NCBI GenBank assembly: GCA_016618085.1
Contig: JABLTG010000022.1
Coordinates: forward strand, 1-64,000
Source of the DNA: Neovahlkampfia damariscottae
Taxonomy: Eukaryota
Direction of reading: 5' to 3'
Length of the DNA: 64,000 nucleotides
Numbering within the stretch: the first letter of the stretch is position 1; each line of letters begins with the position of its first letter. The notes under the pieces are model-generated. The model did no database searches. It saw only the letters and a list, made by a program, of their open reading frames with translations, and was not told the DNA's origin. This document shows positions 14,501 to 26,521 of the stretch, one piece after another. The translations under genes and the position numbers were made by a program.

Positions 14501-17500
14501 TTATATACAAAAGAGGCTTCATATCAATGTGAAAATGAAAATTCATTCACAACTGCAACTTATATTAATGGCATTTATTCCTGTGATTTGTCGACAAACA
14601 ATCAAACAAGCAGGGAAGTTTCAATTTCAATTTATGTTGTCTCAAAATTAACAGGAAATAGTTTGTTATTGTCTCAAAATGCAATTCCATTTTTATTTTA
14701 TGGTAATTAAAACTCTCATCTAATGTTCTTGTAGCTCAAAAGGAAATCAATATTCATCCATTTATTGATACTTACACAGTTTCAACTGAGAAAAATTATG
14801 ATATTTCTTTATCATTGGATTATCCATTTGATAAAGGATTAATTTGCATTTATACTTCGTCCTATGAACCTCAAAAAGAATCAATTGCAAGAAAAATAGG
14901 AAACGAAATCAGATGTCCAATTTCAAAGAAATTTTTTTCATCCAATACCGAAACAATTGAGGTGAAATTTGCGTTAAATATTTCATCAACCTTGAATCAA
15001 ATTCATCATATTGGAAAAAATTCGGAATTTTTTACATTCTTCAAAATACCAATTTCATTTGAAAATGTACAGAACTTGTTGAATTATCAAACAATTAAAA
15101 ACAAAAATTATCTCAATTTCACAATCCCAAATATTCCAAATAGAATTTATTCAATGGGATTTCAATCACAAGAACCTAATTATGATAATTCGACTGATTC
15201 TGGAAATGCTTGCAAATTTGATCAAAATTCAAAACCATATTGTGAAAATGTATTGTTACGTCCAGTTATTAATCCAGCAGTTTATAATTTCACTTTCAAA
15301 ATTCAACATTCTATGACAGGTCATCAATTTAATATTTCTGTAGTACCATTCATTTATTATGATTTGGTACCCAAAATCAACAGATTACTTCCTCATTTTG
15401 CTTCAATTATGGATAGCTATGCAAAACGCAAAAAATATGAATTTTCATTGAGCAGTCCATTCAATGATAGATTTAAATATTTCTGTAATGTTAAATTTCC
15501 AAGTTTAGAATACTTTGTTGATGTGACAATTGCCAAAAATTCGTCTGTATTAGATTGTATGGTTCAAAACAATTTCAGAAATGGAAATATGAGCATAGAA
15601 CTTTATTTTGAAGCACAAAATTCTACTAAAGTACTTTTTTCTGATTCCAAAGAAATATTGTATCACAAAACACTGACAATTGACAAACGTATTGGAATTA
15701 GTGATGGATTTGAAGTTACAATCAAATTTCCTATTGCAATTCCATCAGTGTTTCATTCAGATTATTCGTATCATTTGAAATACGAATATGCTGGAAAAAT
15801 GTTTGATTTATCAAATTGTAATGAAACAGGAACTCAAATGACTTGTCAATTCACAAACAATTCCTTTTCATCCAATCCTGCATTTATTCAGATGGAGTTA
15901 TATGTAAATGATGAACAAGTTTTTTCGATCATTCCAATTGTTCAAATTATTAGGTTGCCAACAATTCAAAAAGTTTATCCAGCAGATGTTGTTATACTTG
16001 AAGAACAATACGAATTAATTTTCATTGGAACAGATTTTGTGCAATTACCTAAAGGTCAGAATTATCAAATGATGTATTCTCAAATGAATTACAAATACAC
16101 TACAAATTGTTCTGTGCTGAGTGACACAAATTTGTCTTGCCAGAGTCCAAAAACACCGTCAGCAGGAAATATCACTCTTTTAATAAGTATAAATGATATT
16201 GATTTCCATCTTTTATCCTATTCACTTCTAGCTGTCAGTGTGAATGATGTAAATGGTATTTCTAACAAAGTGTCATCTGCTCACACAGAAAATACTATTT
16301 CAGTTCCTGAAACTCCACTTTCAATGGAATTAGTTGGAAATCATGTTTTTGTTGACATTTTGTTCAGAAAATTGGATCACAAAATCAGACTATCTGATGA
16401 TTATTTCAATATTCAAATTCCGGCTACCCCAGTTTCAGGTAAGAATAAATTGATTGCAACAATCCCTCCTCTTTGGGATTATGATGTTGAATATCCTAGA
16501 GTCCTAAAAGTTGAATACACTTTTGATGGAATACATTATTATATGAGTAACAAAGTTTTAAAGGTTATTGGAATTTTTGAAGATTACAACAAGGAAATTA
16601 ATTTCAAACTCAGTTCTATTTATATGCCAATTGGACTTCGAGCTTCAATAATAATCGAAAATCTTCCTTATTCAAAGAATGATTTGATTGTTGAATTGCA
16701 TGATATCAAAAATTCTTCAAATGTGATTCACTGTCCAATTCAAAACGATCTGTTCTTTTCAAATACTTCAATGCAATCAGGTAATTTTTCAGTTAATTTG
16801 TACAAAGTTGGTCAATCTATTCCATTGACATTGAAATACGTTGAAGGATACAGTAAGTTAAAATGAAGTGTTTCAACAATTTTGTTAGATTTTCCTTTAA
16901 CAGGTTATAGATATTTTTCTTATCAATTTTTGAATTCTTCAAAAAATTTTTTCATTGGAAATAATACCGAATTCATTAAAGGAGTTGAGAATATCAGATT
17001 ACAACTTCAATTCCAAAAAGTATTAGACGGTAGTAAAATGGTAATTGACCAATCAATTTCAATTGTCAACAACAGTCACATCCAATTTCAAGTCAATTTT
17101 CCAGATATGAGTATTTATCAGTATTATAGTACACTCATTTGTCATAGAACTGAATGCCATGAAATCCTCAAATTTTCTCAAACAATTTTTAATTTAAACC
17201 AAAAAATTAACTTTTTGCGTAAGCTTCTTCAGTTTTTAACATTCACTAGAATCCTATTCGATTGCTTCAACCAAAAACAATTTACAAATATCACCTGGAG
17301 AAGCTTATTCATTCAGGGATGTTGAAATCACTATAAAATTCAATAATCCTCCAGTGGATGTTTCAATCATCCAGAATGCTATTGTAAAAATCAAGAATCC
17401 ATTATTTGATATTACAATTGATACAAAAGATCAATCATTAGAAAATTCAACAAACTTAAAAATATTGATTTCCAAATTTGAAGATTACAAAATCAATCAT

Positions 17501-20475
17501 GTTTTTTCATATCCATTGATTACCACATTGTTGGTTTCATTTACAAATGGATTGGAATTTGCTAAGACATCCTTGATTATTAGTGATAAAATTGAAGATA
17601 TTTTATTGTTTTCAGTTACCCCAAATGTTGTTCATTTGAGAAATCAAACTTTAGTCATTCAAGGAGCTGGAATCACAAACACAACGGATTGCGATTTTTC
17701 AGTTGGAAGTTTCTCAATTTTTAGAGGACTTGGAAAATTAGAAGAAAATACTCTTTCTTGTGTCATTCCAAAAATTGTTGATTATTCCTTGGTATCACTT
17801 ACACTTATCAATGAATATAATGATACTTCAAATTCATTGAACATTACAATTCTTCCAGAACCAATAATTAAATCATTCACACCAACATCAGGCTTGTCAA
17901 TGGGATCAAATTTGGTAACCATTACTGGTGAATTTGACAGAGCACCAAAGATTACTTGCAAATTTGATGAATTTCCTTGTTCAGAAGATTGTTTATTTGT
18001 TAATTCAACTGCTATCCAATGTAAAGTTCCAGCTCATCCAGAAGGTGATTCAAAGTTGAAAATTTCCTACAATTCACAGGAATATTTTCCATTGAATCAA
18101 ACACAAATATACAATTATATTTCATGTAGTATCGGACAAACAGCTTCGAATTATTCTTCCCCTTGTTATGATTGTCCTGTAGGATATTATAAACCTGTAG
18201 CTGGACTTTTTGATTGCTTTATATGTCCAAAAGGAACTTTTACCAATGGAACAGGTTCCACAAAATGTGAAAGTTGTCCAGTATTTACAACATCACAAAC
18301 TGAAGGTTTGACATCAATTACACAGTGCGATTGTCAGCCTGGGTATTACAGAAATCCAAACAATCCAAATGAGTGCTTGGTTTGTCCAGATGGTGCTATT
18401 TGTGGATATAACACAACAATTCCAGTCGCAAAACCAGGTAGATGGTTCTCTAAATCATTAAATAATTTTGTGTATTATTCTTGCACTCCAAAGGAAGCAT
18501 GTCCAGGTGGTGGTGAATTAAATTGCACCAATCAATACTTTGGACCATTGTGTGCAAGATGTAAAGAAGGTTATTACAAAGAAAAAGCATTCTGTATTGC
18601 TTGTGGTTCATTAGTTGACACATGGATACAATTTTTAGCAGCCATTGTTGTTATTATTATTTTAGGGATCATAGCTGTTGCTTTCTTGGTGATTGTTTCA
18701 GTTAAAGTATCACATCTTGCATCAGTGAGCATAGCTTTGTCATTTTGGCAGATTATTTCAATATTTAGTTCATTTGAAATTTCTTGGCCTTGGATCGTTG
18801 ATAAAACATTAACTGCAGCTTCGTATTCCAATTTCAACTTTGGATTTTTGTCACCAAAATGTTTAATGCCATTTTATAGATATGAATATGAATATTTTTT
18901 ACAAATGTCACTTCCTGTAGTTGTGATTCTTTGTTTGGTCTTTTTTTATCTGTTAGGAACAGCACGTTCACTTTTTGCATATTTTATTGGAAAAAGAATT
19001 GCCAGTTTATTTAAACTGAAATTCAAAGCTCCATTTAAATTGGAAGAATTAGATGATTATCAACAATCAAAAAAAACTAAAGAAGAGAAAAAAAAGCGAT
19101 CCAAAGATTCAATGAAATTTGCTGTTTTCAACATGTTTGTATATATCTACAATATTCTTCTTTGGTTCTTGAAGGACGAGTTCACATTACAAGAGAACAG
19201 AATTTTTATTTACAAATTGATCAATGCTTATTTATCATTTGTTAGTGTATTTTTCATTCGAATTATGACAACATCTTCACAAATTTTTGTTTGTACTGAA
19301 CAACCAGATGGACGACTCACATTAGATAAATCACCTGATCTATTTTGGTATAATTTGATTTTAACTAATTTCTTTTTAGTTTTGAAGGTCAGTGGTATAT
19401 CTTCTTCCCATTTTCAATTTTGACTTATCTTTTGTTTGGTGTTGGATCGTATTTATATTATGGACTGATTGTTATTAATTACAGAAAGTTGAAAAATAAC
19501 AAAGCATTTATAGAGATGAATAAATTCACAATGGAGAGATTCAAAAAGAAACATTTTTATTGGGAAATTGTTGATTCAACTCGCAAAGGTCTTTTATCAA
19601 TTTTACAGATCTTTTTTCAGCCAATGTTATTGATAGCTTCAAGTATTCTTGTTGTTTTTGCATCAATGCTTTTACACTTAAGATTTGTTCCATTTAAGAG
19701 AAAATTCCAGTAATATCATTTTTTTTGCCTTTAATTTTTCAATAGTAATCTCATGGAATACTTTGTTTTGGTGTCAACTTTGATTTCTTTGTTCTTTGGA
19801 TTTTTATTTTTTGTTGATAAAATTGATGCATTTGATGTCGTTGCTAAGTCCATTTTGGTCATTTTGACAATGGTTGTGATCATTGGAGCAAATATTTTTG
19901 TGGTTTTGATGATTTGCTATGATGTCTTTGTACGTCGAAAAAAAGAAAGAAAAAGAGCAAAAAATAAAAGAAGAGAGAGAGAGGAAATTAGGAGAAAAGC
20001 AAGAAAAAGAAAAGAATACGAAGAAAAATTTGGTCTCGTTGATGAAAGTAGAGATGTCAAGAAAGATGAAAAACTACTTGAATATGATTTCAAAATCATT
20101 GAATCACCTTCTGATTCTGAAGAAGATGAATTGTCAACAATCAATGATATTTTTGATGATTTGATTTCTATAAAGAGATTTAAAAAGAAAATTTGGATTG
20201 CAAAGAAAAAAGGAAAGAAATTTTCGGTTAAAATTATCAAAGGTGCTGATAAATTTTCTTCAAAAAATATCAACCGATTATCTTCTTTAGTTAATGTTGA
20301 GGAGATTGAAAAAATGAATCAATCAAAAGAAATGAAAGAAGAAGCGTTTAAAGAAGAAAAGAAATCCACTTCAAAAGCAAAAAGATTGATAAGTGCCTCA
20401 AATTCAAGTCATTCAAACAAAACCATTGTCCAAGTCGAAGAAAATGAAGAAACAGAATTAAGAGAGTTTCAATAA
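5580..20475 (+). CDS. Giant multi-exon cell-surface protein: signal peptide, RCC1 repeats, 2x LamG, EGF, LRR, many Ig/IPT-like repeats, Cys-rich repeats, multipass membrane C-terminus
   Basis: Hydrophobic leader LLIILFLFICLC; RCC1 motifs (GSGADGRLG, WGNNDKGQLG); LamG (FSGILDDFKIF, FSGQLDEIYLY); EGF (CSGRGSC..CDCNDGFYGSNCE); LRR near 8970-9100; IPT (PIIKSFTPTSG); CPVGYYK/CPKGTF repeats; several TM helices 18.6-19.9 kb. Consecutive + strand ORFs are bridged by short GT-AG introns at the junctions checked. Confidence 0.75.
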
Positions 20476-20907
20476 AAATTTTCATATTTAAGGAAATCAA
20501 TTCCCATGAAAAATTTTTAGTTATAATATAGTTAATTATTAAATATATATATTTAGACAAACTTCTAATTGATTGTCTCTTATAAATAAACATGAATTGA
20601 GTAGATAGAGGTAATTTCCCGGTCTTCCTGAGACAATAAACGCACAACTGGATCAATTAACAACATTTAACTCCAAAAATCACCGTCAGTCCCCGCCATT
20701 CTGACTATATACCTCACGCACAGTTCTACCAATTAGACAATCTAACAACGCTCCACTGATCATTCTGATAACACTTATTTTGTTTTTTTTTTACGTGAGT
20801 TTATTTTCATTTTCTAAATCCCTAGGTTTTCTCTTTTTTTCCTACTTCTTTTCCTTTTTTTTTTGAAAGAGGTTTAAATAAATGGTGATAAATAAAATTA
20901 TAACAAA

Positions 20908-21232
20908 ATGATAAAGTCAATAAATAATTTGGAAGAACAAAAAAATAAAAAAAGAGAACATACCAAAAAATATCGTGCAGAAGGCAAAAATATGCAAACT
21001 TGTCCTGATTGTGGTATTGGTTTTGCTAGAAATAATAAATCCAGACATGCATCTGGGTATGCTTAAAATATCTTTGGTTGATCTGAATTTCAAAAAATTT
21101 AATGGAGAAACTTACAAGCAATTATTGGGGAACCCTGAAGCACATTCTCGGTTATTGCCACCACATGTATTGCAAAAACAAAAACATGATTTACAAATTT
21201 ATTATATTTTTATAAAATATCCTGTTGAATAA
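20908..21232 (+). pseudogene. Small viral-type zinc-finger gene, probably frameshifted
   Basis: ATG 20908 reads MIKSINNLEEQKNKKREHTKKYRAEGKNMQTCPDCGIGFARNNKSRH, stop at 21066; a plausible continuation runs in another frame to 21232. Confidence 0.5.
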
Positions 21233-21248
21233 TATATATATTTAATAT

Positions 21249-21449
21249 ATGGATAAATCAATGGAACAAATGCGATTAGAAATTCTTCAATTGCGATTAG
21301 AAATGGTTGAAATGAAAGTATCAATAGTTCAAATGCGAAAATCGATCGAGAAATTGAATAAAAAAATGCTCGATCTGACTTCTGACTATGTAGATGTGAC
21401 CGACGATGATACTGATACAGATACTGATGTGAGTTCTGATATGTTGTAA
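21249..21449 (+). CDS. Small coiled-coil protein with acidic tail (island orphan)
   Basis: 66-aa ORF with heptad-like pattern and D/T-rich end. Confidence 0.45.
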   Translation: MDKSMEQMRLEILQLRLEMVEMKVSIVQMRKSIEKLNKKMLDLTSDYVDVTDDDTDTDTDVSSDML

Positions 21450-21485
21450 AATTAGAAATTATTATATATAGCAATTATATAAAAA

Positions 21486-21827
21486 ATGGGATGTGATTAT
21501 TTTTGTTGTGGATACTGTAAACGCATATGTGGTTATGGTTATAATGAAGTTACTAAATGTGCAGTATGATACGATAACTTGTGTGACGGTTGTGTAGAAG
21601 ATTATGGATGTTGTGAGTATCGTTCACCTGAGAACACACACTTTAGAGAAATTAAAGAAAAAAACATGGAAACTTTTAAACAAATTAAAAGTATGATATC
21701 TGAATTAGATATTCCTGATGTGATTGACACATACAAAAAAGAAATAGAAAAGTTGAACAGAGAAATAAATAATTTAAAAAGTTTAAATGAAAAACAAAAA
21801 CTTGTCATCGAAGAATATGCAGTGTAA
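21486..21827 (+). pseudogene. Cys-rich zinc-finger plus coiled-coil protein with one in-frame TGA
   Basis: MGCDYFCCGYCKRICGYGYNEVTKCAV*YDNLCDGCVEDYGCC; TGA at 21567-21569 is in frame with listed ORF 21579-21827. Confidence 0.6.
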
Positions 21828-21903
21828 ATTGAAAATAAAGAAAACTTTAGAATAAATATAAAAAGGGTTTAAAGAAATTATTATGTATAATTAATATAAA
21901 ACA

Positions 21904-22085
21904 ATGACAGAAAAATATGCACATTTTGCGATAAGCCAATAACACAACCAATAGGAAATTCCAGAAAAAACCGGAAGCTCCATGATGATTGGTCAACTAG
22001 AACTGTACATAAAAACTGTTTCAAACAACAAAAAGAAAACGAACACTTGTTGTCTATTCTTACAAGATGGCAATCAAAAAATTAA
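21904..22085 (+). pseudogene. Small CxxC...HxxC protein, frameshifted
   Basis: MTEK, then a frameshift into ICTFCDKPITQPIGNSRKNRKLHDDWSTRTVHKNCFKQ. Confidence 0.6.
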
Positions 22086-22553
22086 ATATAGATTTAAAGA
22101 TCTTATTATATAAATTGAATATACAATGAGAGATTATATTGTAGATAGATTTTATAAGTCAAAAAATAAGTATGTAGATCAAGATATTATTAGTAACTTA
22201 TTAAATAAATATACGATGTAAAGAGGACTGTCTGGAGACTATCTACTCTTGGGTATTCGAAAGTTGTGAATATTTATTAGTTATTTTAATGCGCTTTTAT
22301 AGCTCTTGTGCTTAGTTCCGATTGGTGTAAAGCTTCGAAGTAGAAGGTCGTATCTGAAATAGATGGTTTACTTTAGGTCGTGAAATTTCTAAATATGTAT
22401 ATTCGAATTGCCTAATTCGGACATATCAATCTCTGTTTTTGTACAGCTTAATCCGGATGTACCATGATGGGCACCAAATATTTGATGGGTCATTGAAAAC
22501 TTAAATTTTTTACTTTCAATAATTACGAATTAATTTATTCAGTATTAGAATTA

Positions 22554-22934
22554 TTGACTTACAAAAAAAAGATAGCTATTGAGAAATATTATTTTAGGTG
22601 TGGTCACTTAGAAATGACGTTTCTCAAAATGATGGGATCTATACATTTTGCACATCCAACAATCAGAAAAAAAATATTAACAATGACAAAACGTTTTCAG
22701 GTTTTACGTACAAAATATTGCGAAAAACAAATATTTAATACAGAAAAATCGTTCAAAATGCCATCACGACATGAACTGAAAAGAGACATAAAATATGTTG
22801 AAAGTTATGTTGCGGGCATGACAAAGTGGTTGATGTTTAAACTTGGAAAATCATTATCACATTTCATAATAACAAAGCAAGGATATTCTGAAAAGTTGGA
22901 CATGTCATTTAGGTTTAAAGAAATTGTTATATAA
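22554..22934 (+). CDS. Island orphan ORF (start uncertain)
   Basis: 126-aa basic ORF; no motif recognised. Confidence 0.4.
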   Translation: MTYKKKIAIEKYYFRCGHLEMTFLKMMGSIHFAHPTIRKKILTMTKRFQVLRTKYCEKQIFNTEKSFKMPSRHELKRDIKYVESYVAGMTKWLMFKLGKSLSHFIITKQGYSEKLDMSFRFKEIVI

Positions 22935-22949
22935 AATTATTATATAACA

Positions 22950-23354
22950 ATGGTTACTTCTACAGATATTCCTGAAGATGTAGTTAAACATGTGATATTA
23001 CCATGGAGAACAGAAATATCACTGTTTGATTGGGAGTACAGAAAAAAAAAGATAAAAAATACTGTAACATTTCATTTATTCATTAATGGATATGATTTTT
23101 ATGTTCCAATAGTTCCATGTGTAAAACATAAAGATTTGAAAATTGTAAATTTTGCAGATAAATATCAAAAAGACACATACAGAATGAAAGGTAGAATTAG
23201 TATAAAAAGGGACACATTACAAGATATGCTATTAAATAAGTCTATAAAAAACATTAAAGATTTCTCAATAAATGAATTTAACAATTGTTTTTGTGATAAA
23301 AAACCATACGGATATGCAATTCACAGAATAAAAAAAGAAAAACAAAGACTATAG
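22950..23354 (+). CDS. Island orphan ORF; N-terminus weakly F-box-like
   Basis: 134-aa ORF preceded by the island motif GGTTTAAAGAAAT; begins DIPEDVVKHVILPW. Confidence 0.55.
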   Translation: MVTSTDIPEDVVKHVILPWRTEISLFDWEYRKKKIKNTVTFHLFINGYDFYVPIVPCVKHKDLKIVNFADKYQKDTYRMKGRISIKRDTLQDMLLNKSIKNIKDFSINEFNNCFCDKKPYGYAIHRIKKEKQRL

Positions 23355-23396
23355 TATTTTGATAGAGATGAATGCCAATTAATAAAATAATTAATT

Positions 23397-23690
23397 TCAA
23401 TTTCTCATCTGTGGTATTCCTTCACCTAACATTTCAACAATTTGACTTCTCCTTTTTTCTTTAATTTGGTTCATTACATTTTCGTCAAAAATATCCCAAT
23501 CAGTGACATCTTTTTTCGGTTCCTGTTTTGGCACTGTGCTTTGTGCCGTGGTATCTTTCATTTCAACAGTCGAACCCAAACATGAAGATTTTTGAATATT
23601 TTTTATAAAGAATGATGTCGCTAAAATGAACGGACTTATAGTTGTTGACACTAATGTCACTATTGCTATAATTAATGTAGCAGTTTCCAT
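23397..23690 (-). CDS. Small membrane protein (island)
   Basis: N-terminal hydrophobic stretch LIIAIVTLVSTTISPFILATSFF followed by KNIQKSSCLG. Confidence 0.55.
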   Translation of the reverse strand: METATLIIAIVTLVSTTISPFILATSFFIKNIQKSSCLGSTVEMKDTTAQSTVPKQEPKKDVTDWDIFDENVMNQIKEKRRSQIVEMLGEGIPQMRN

Positions 23691-23691
23691 T

Positions 23692-23937
23692 TTATAATTT
23701 TAGCACAGAAAAAAAACTACAAAAAATCCAAAATATCATTTTTGGTTGTTTTTCAAATACATACATTTTGAATTCGTTTATGAATTTTTTACAAAGTAAT
23801 AATTTCATGTCATTTATATAAATAGTATTTTGGTCTTGTAATTTACTAACTTGAATAAGTAGAAAATTGAAAATGTTGCTTCTATTTACCATCATGTAAC
23901 CTGAGTAATAATGTGCTAATTGTCCAATATATTCCAT
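23692..23937 (-). CDS. Island orphan ORF
   Basis: 81-aa ORF packed head-to-tail between the ATPase and the membrane protein. Confidence 0.4.
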   Translation of the reverse strand: MEYIGQLAHYYSGYMMVNRSNIFNFLLIQVSKLQDQNTIYINDMKLLLCKKFINEFKMYVFEKQPKMIFWIFCSFFSVLKL

Positions 23938-23947
23938 ATATATTTGG

Positions 23948-24636
23948 TTAATATTTTATTTTGAACGGTTTAAAATAATCTGGTGCTTTTCCAATATAAT
24001 GCTTTTGCTCGATTTCGTTGTCATCATCGTTTTGGTTTCTTCGATCTTTTACATCCATTAAAAGAAACTGATACTTTACTTTTGTATTGGTTTCTAAAAA
24101 TTTCTTAGCTTCTTTCAATGTTTCAAATTCATACATAAAATTTTCATAGATTGCTTCGATTGATAACTGTTTTGTTGTTTAAATGTAATAAAATATGTGC
24201 TACACACTCTTAATAAAGTTGGCAATTCCTTGATGTATTGGGTTGTGAAAATGAAAAGAATGTTAGGATGTCTAAAAGTTGAAATGTTTTTTTTGAATTT
24301 AGCACTTTCAAAATTAATAGAACCGATACAATCATCAAATATCACAAACGCAGGGGAAGCTTTGCCATGTTTTTTATGTTGCTCAATTTGAATATTGTAC
24401 AATTTGATCAATGTATCTTCCTTATATTGTGAATGTACATATTCTTTTGGTAGAAAATCATATGATCCTTTCCATGCAGCTGGACAGAAACACAATCCGT
24501 ATTTTAGTTTTTTGGTTCTAAACAATTCAGTAATCAAATATTTGATCATATATGTTTTTCCACTTTTAGGAGCAGCACAAAAAAAAGAAATATTAGGTAT
24601 ATTATTTATCATCAATTCGAAAGGGTCTTTTTCCAT
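23948..24636 (-). pseudogene. A32-like (FtsK-HerA superfamily) viral DNA packaging ATPase, one frameshift
   Basis: Walker A AAPKSGKT, Walker B FVIFDDC, A32-type motif FRHPNILFIFTTQYIKELPTLLR; frameshift near 24165 joins ORF 24115-24636 to ORF 23948-24136. Confidence 0.88.
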
Positions 24637-24771
24637 TGTATACTATTAAATAATAAAATATTTACAAAGTTTTAATTATTCCATCTGCAATTACGTATCT
24701 GCTATCCCAATTTTCTTCGGTCATTTTTATAATATTAAAACACAAAAACAATATTAATATTTTATATTAAT

Positions 24772-25176
24772 TTATTCGGACGTTTGAGAATCAATTTTTT
24801 TTTCAGCACCTAGTCTTTTTAATATGAGATTAAATGCTCTGTTTTCGAACTTAGAAGGGAATAAAGCTTCTATATGTTCTAATCTGCCTACCATTGTGGT
24901 ATACAATGCTTTTTTGGACAATAAGTCTGCTTGTTTTGGAGGTAATTTATATTCGCCAGTTGTGTACTGTTTATAAGTTCTCACATATTCATCATCAGTC
25001 TCTTTTTTAATTTGTTTTAAAAGATGATTCCTTTGCTCTATATATTTTAATGGATCTTGCATTGCATTTTGTAACAAAAAATTCTCTTTCAAAATTGCAT
25101 CCATTCCCAATTCTTCAGTTGGTAAGTCTGTCCTACCATAATTAGTCATGTATTGCTCCCTAACATGTGATGTCAC
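24772..25176 (-). CDS. Island orphan ORF upstream of the ATPase (5' end possibly deleted)
   Basis: 134-aa open frame with plausible composition; no family recognised. Confidence 0.5.
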   Translation of the reverse strand: MTSHVREQYMTNYGRTDLPTEELGMDAILKENFLLQNAMQDPLKYIEQRNHLLKQIKKETDDEYVRTYKQYTTGEYKLPPKQADLLSKKALYTTMVGRLEHIEALFPSKFENRAFNLILKRLGAEKKIDSQTSE

Positions 25177-25309
25177 AGATACCTTGTCAATATATTCTAT
25201 GATGAAAATTAAGAAATTTGAAAAGGATGAATATTTGAAGGTATTATACCCAGATTTACAGAATTTATAAATTTCAGTTTTTTTTTATTCTCTAATGATA
25301 TATGAGTTT

Positions 25310-25703
25310 CTTTCAACTGGCAAATAATCCTGCTTGTTTCATTACCATTTTCAACTCCTTAAATTCTTTTAAAGCATCTCCTTGTTCTTTGGAAACTGTA
25401 ACACTTGAGTGCAGTTCAAAATTAACATTATTCAATTCATTCATTTTTCCTTTGAATATCTTTTTCATTAGATCTTACCTTTTTTATTGCTTCCTCAAGC
25501 ACAATAGTTTCCCCTTGTTTTTGTTTTGCGAAATCTTCTTTTTCTTGTTTGGTTCCTTCTTCTCGTTTTTTTTTTCGTATTCCAGTTATCTTTCTATTTT
25601 TCTCTGCAATATTGCTCTGAATTACTTGAAGTTGTTTCCTTAAATCTGCTTTTTGTGCATCATTCCTTGTTTTTTCAAAATTTTCGGTAATATAATTTTG
25701 CAC
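25310..25703 (-). pseudogene. Basic coiled-coil protein fragment, frameshifted (island)
   Basis: ORF 25437-25703 plus a continuation in another frame (DLMKKIFKGKMNELNNVNF...QAGLFAS*). Confidence 0.4.
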
Positions 25704-25815
25704 ATCGTTATCGTTCGTTTATTCAAAAGACAAAATAATTGATGAACTAATTAAAGAAGTAGAACAAAAAACAAAAAAGTTATCTATTCTTGAAAATGAA
25801 AAAAAGATGGAATTT

Positions 25816-26521
25816 TTATGGAGAAGAATTTACAGGTTGTCCGTATTCATCCAAAACGATATATCTGACTTCACAATGTGTAAATATCGAAGCCAATGCA
25901 ATTATTTCATTTTCTGTCCATGATTTTGTAACAATTTCAACAGCATCAAAGTCATGTTCATGAAACTCTTTCGAAGCGTTGTGATACAAACCACCGATAC
26001 ATTTGACGACATCTTTTTCTCTGACCTTACTCTTTCCACATTTTTCTTTTAAAATTTTAATAAAATCTTCATTGTTTTCAAGTTCTTCGAGTGCTTTGTC
26101 AAATGGTTCTTGAAAACGAAAACGTACTTCTTTTGGACCTAAAATTTTTGCTCTGCAATATTCTAATGCACCTCTAACATTTAATTTTCCTTTTGCTGAT
26201 AAACAATCTATTGTTAACTTTTCAACTTGAAACTTTTCTTTTAAAAGTTCTTTTTCAACTCGACTATTTTCATCCTTGAGCTTGTTTTCAACTTCACGAA
26301 GCTCTTTTTCATATGCAAGAAGTTCATTTTAATGAAAAGACATTATGTTCCAGATTATAGATTCCAATTTCATTTTTCTGAAATCATGCGGCTTTTCAAT
26401 GTTTAAAACTTGATTAACTTCTTCTTCTGGTATTTTTAATGAAGAAAATATGAGTTCTTTCGAATAATTGAAGGTTTTTTTTTTTAAACATGAATTTGGA
26501 CCTGAGAAAACTTTGTTGCAT
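25816..26521 (-). pseudogene. Disrupted host-type gene with transit-peptide-like leader
   Basis: MQQSFLRSKFMFKKK leader, frameshift, TAA at 26329-26331, frameshift, then a long unlisted frame KLNVRGALEYCRAK...CIGGLYHNASKEFHEH...YGQPVNSSP*; CCAAT box at 26559. Confidence 0.6.
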
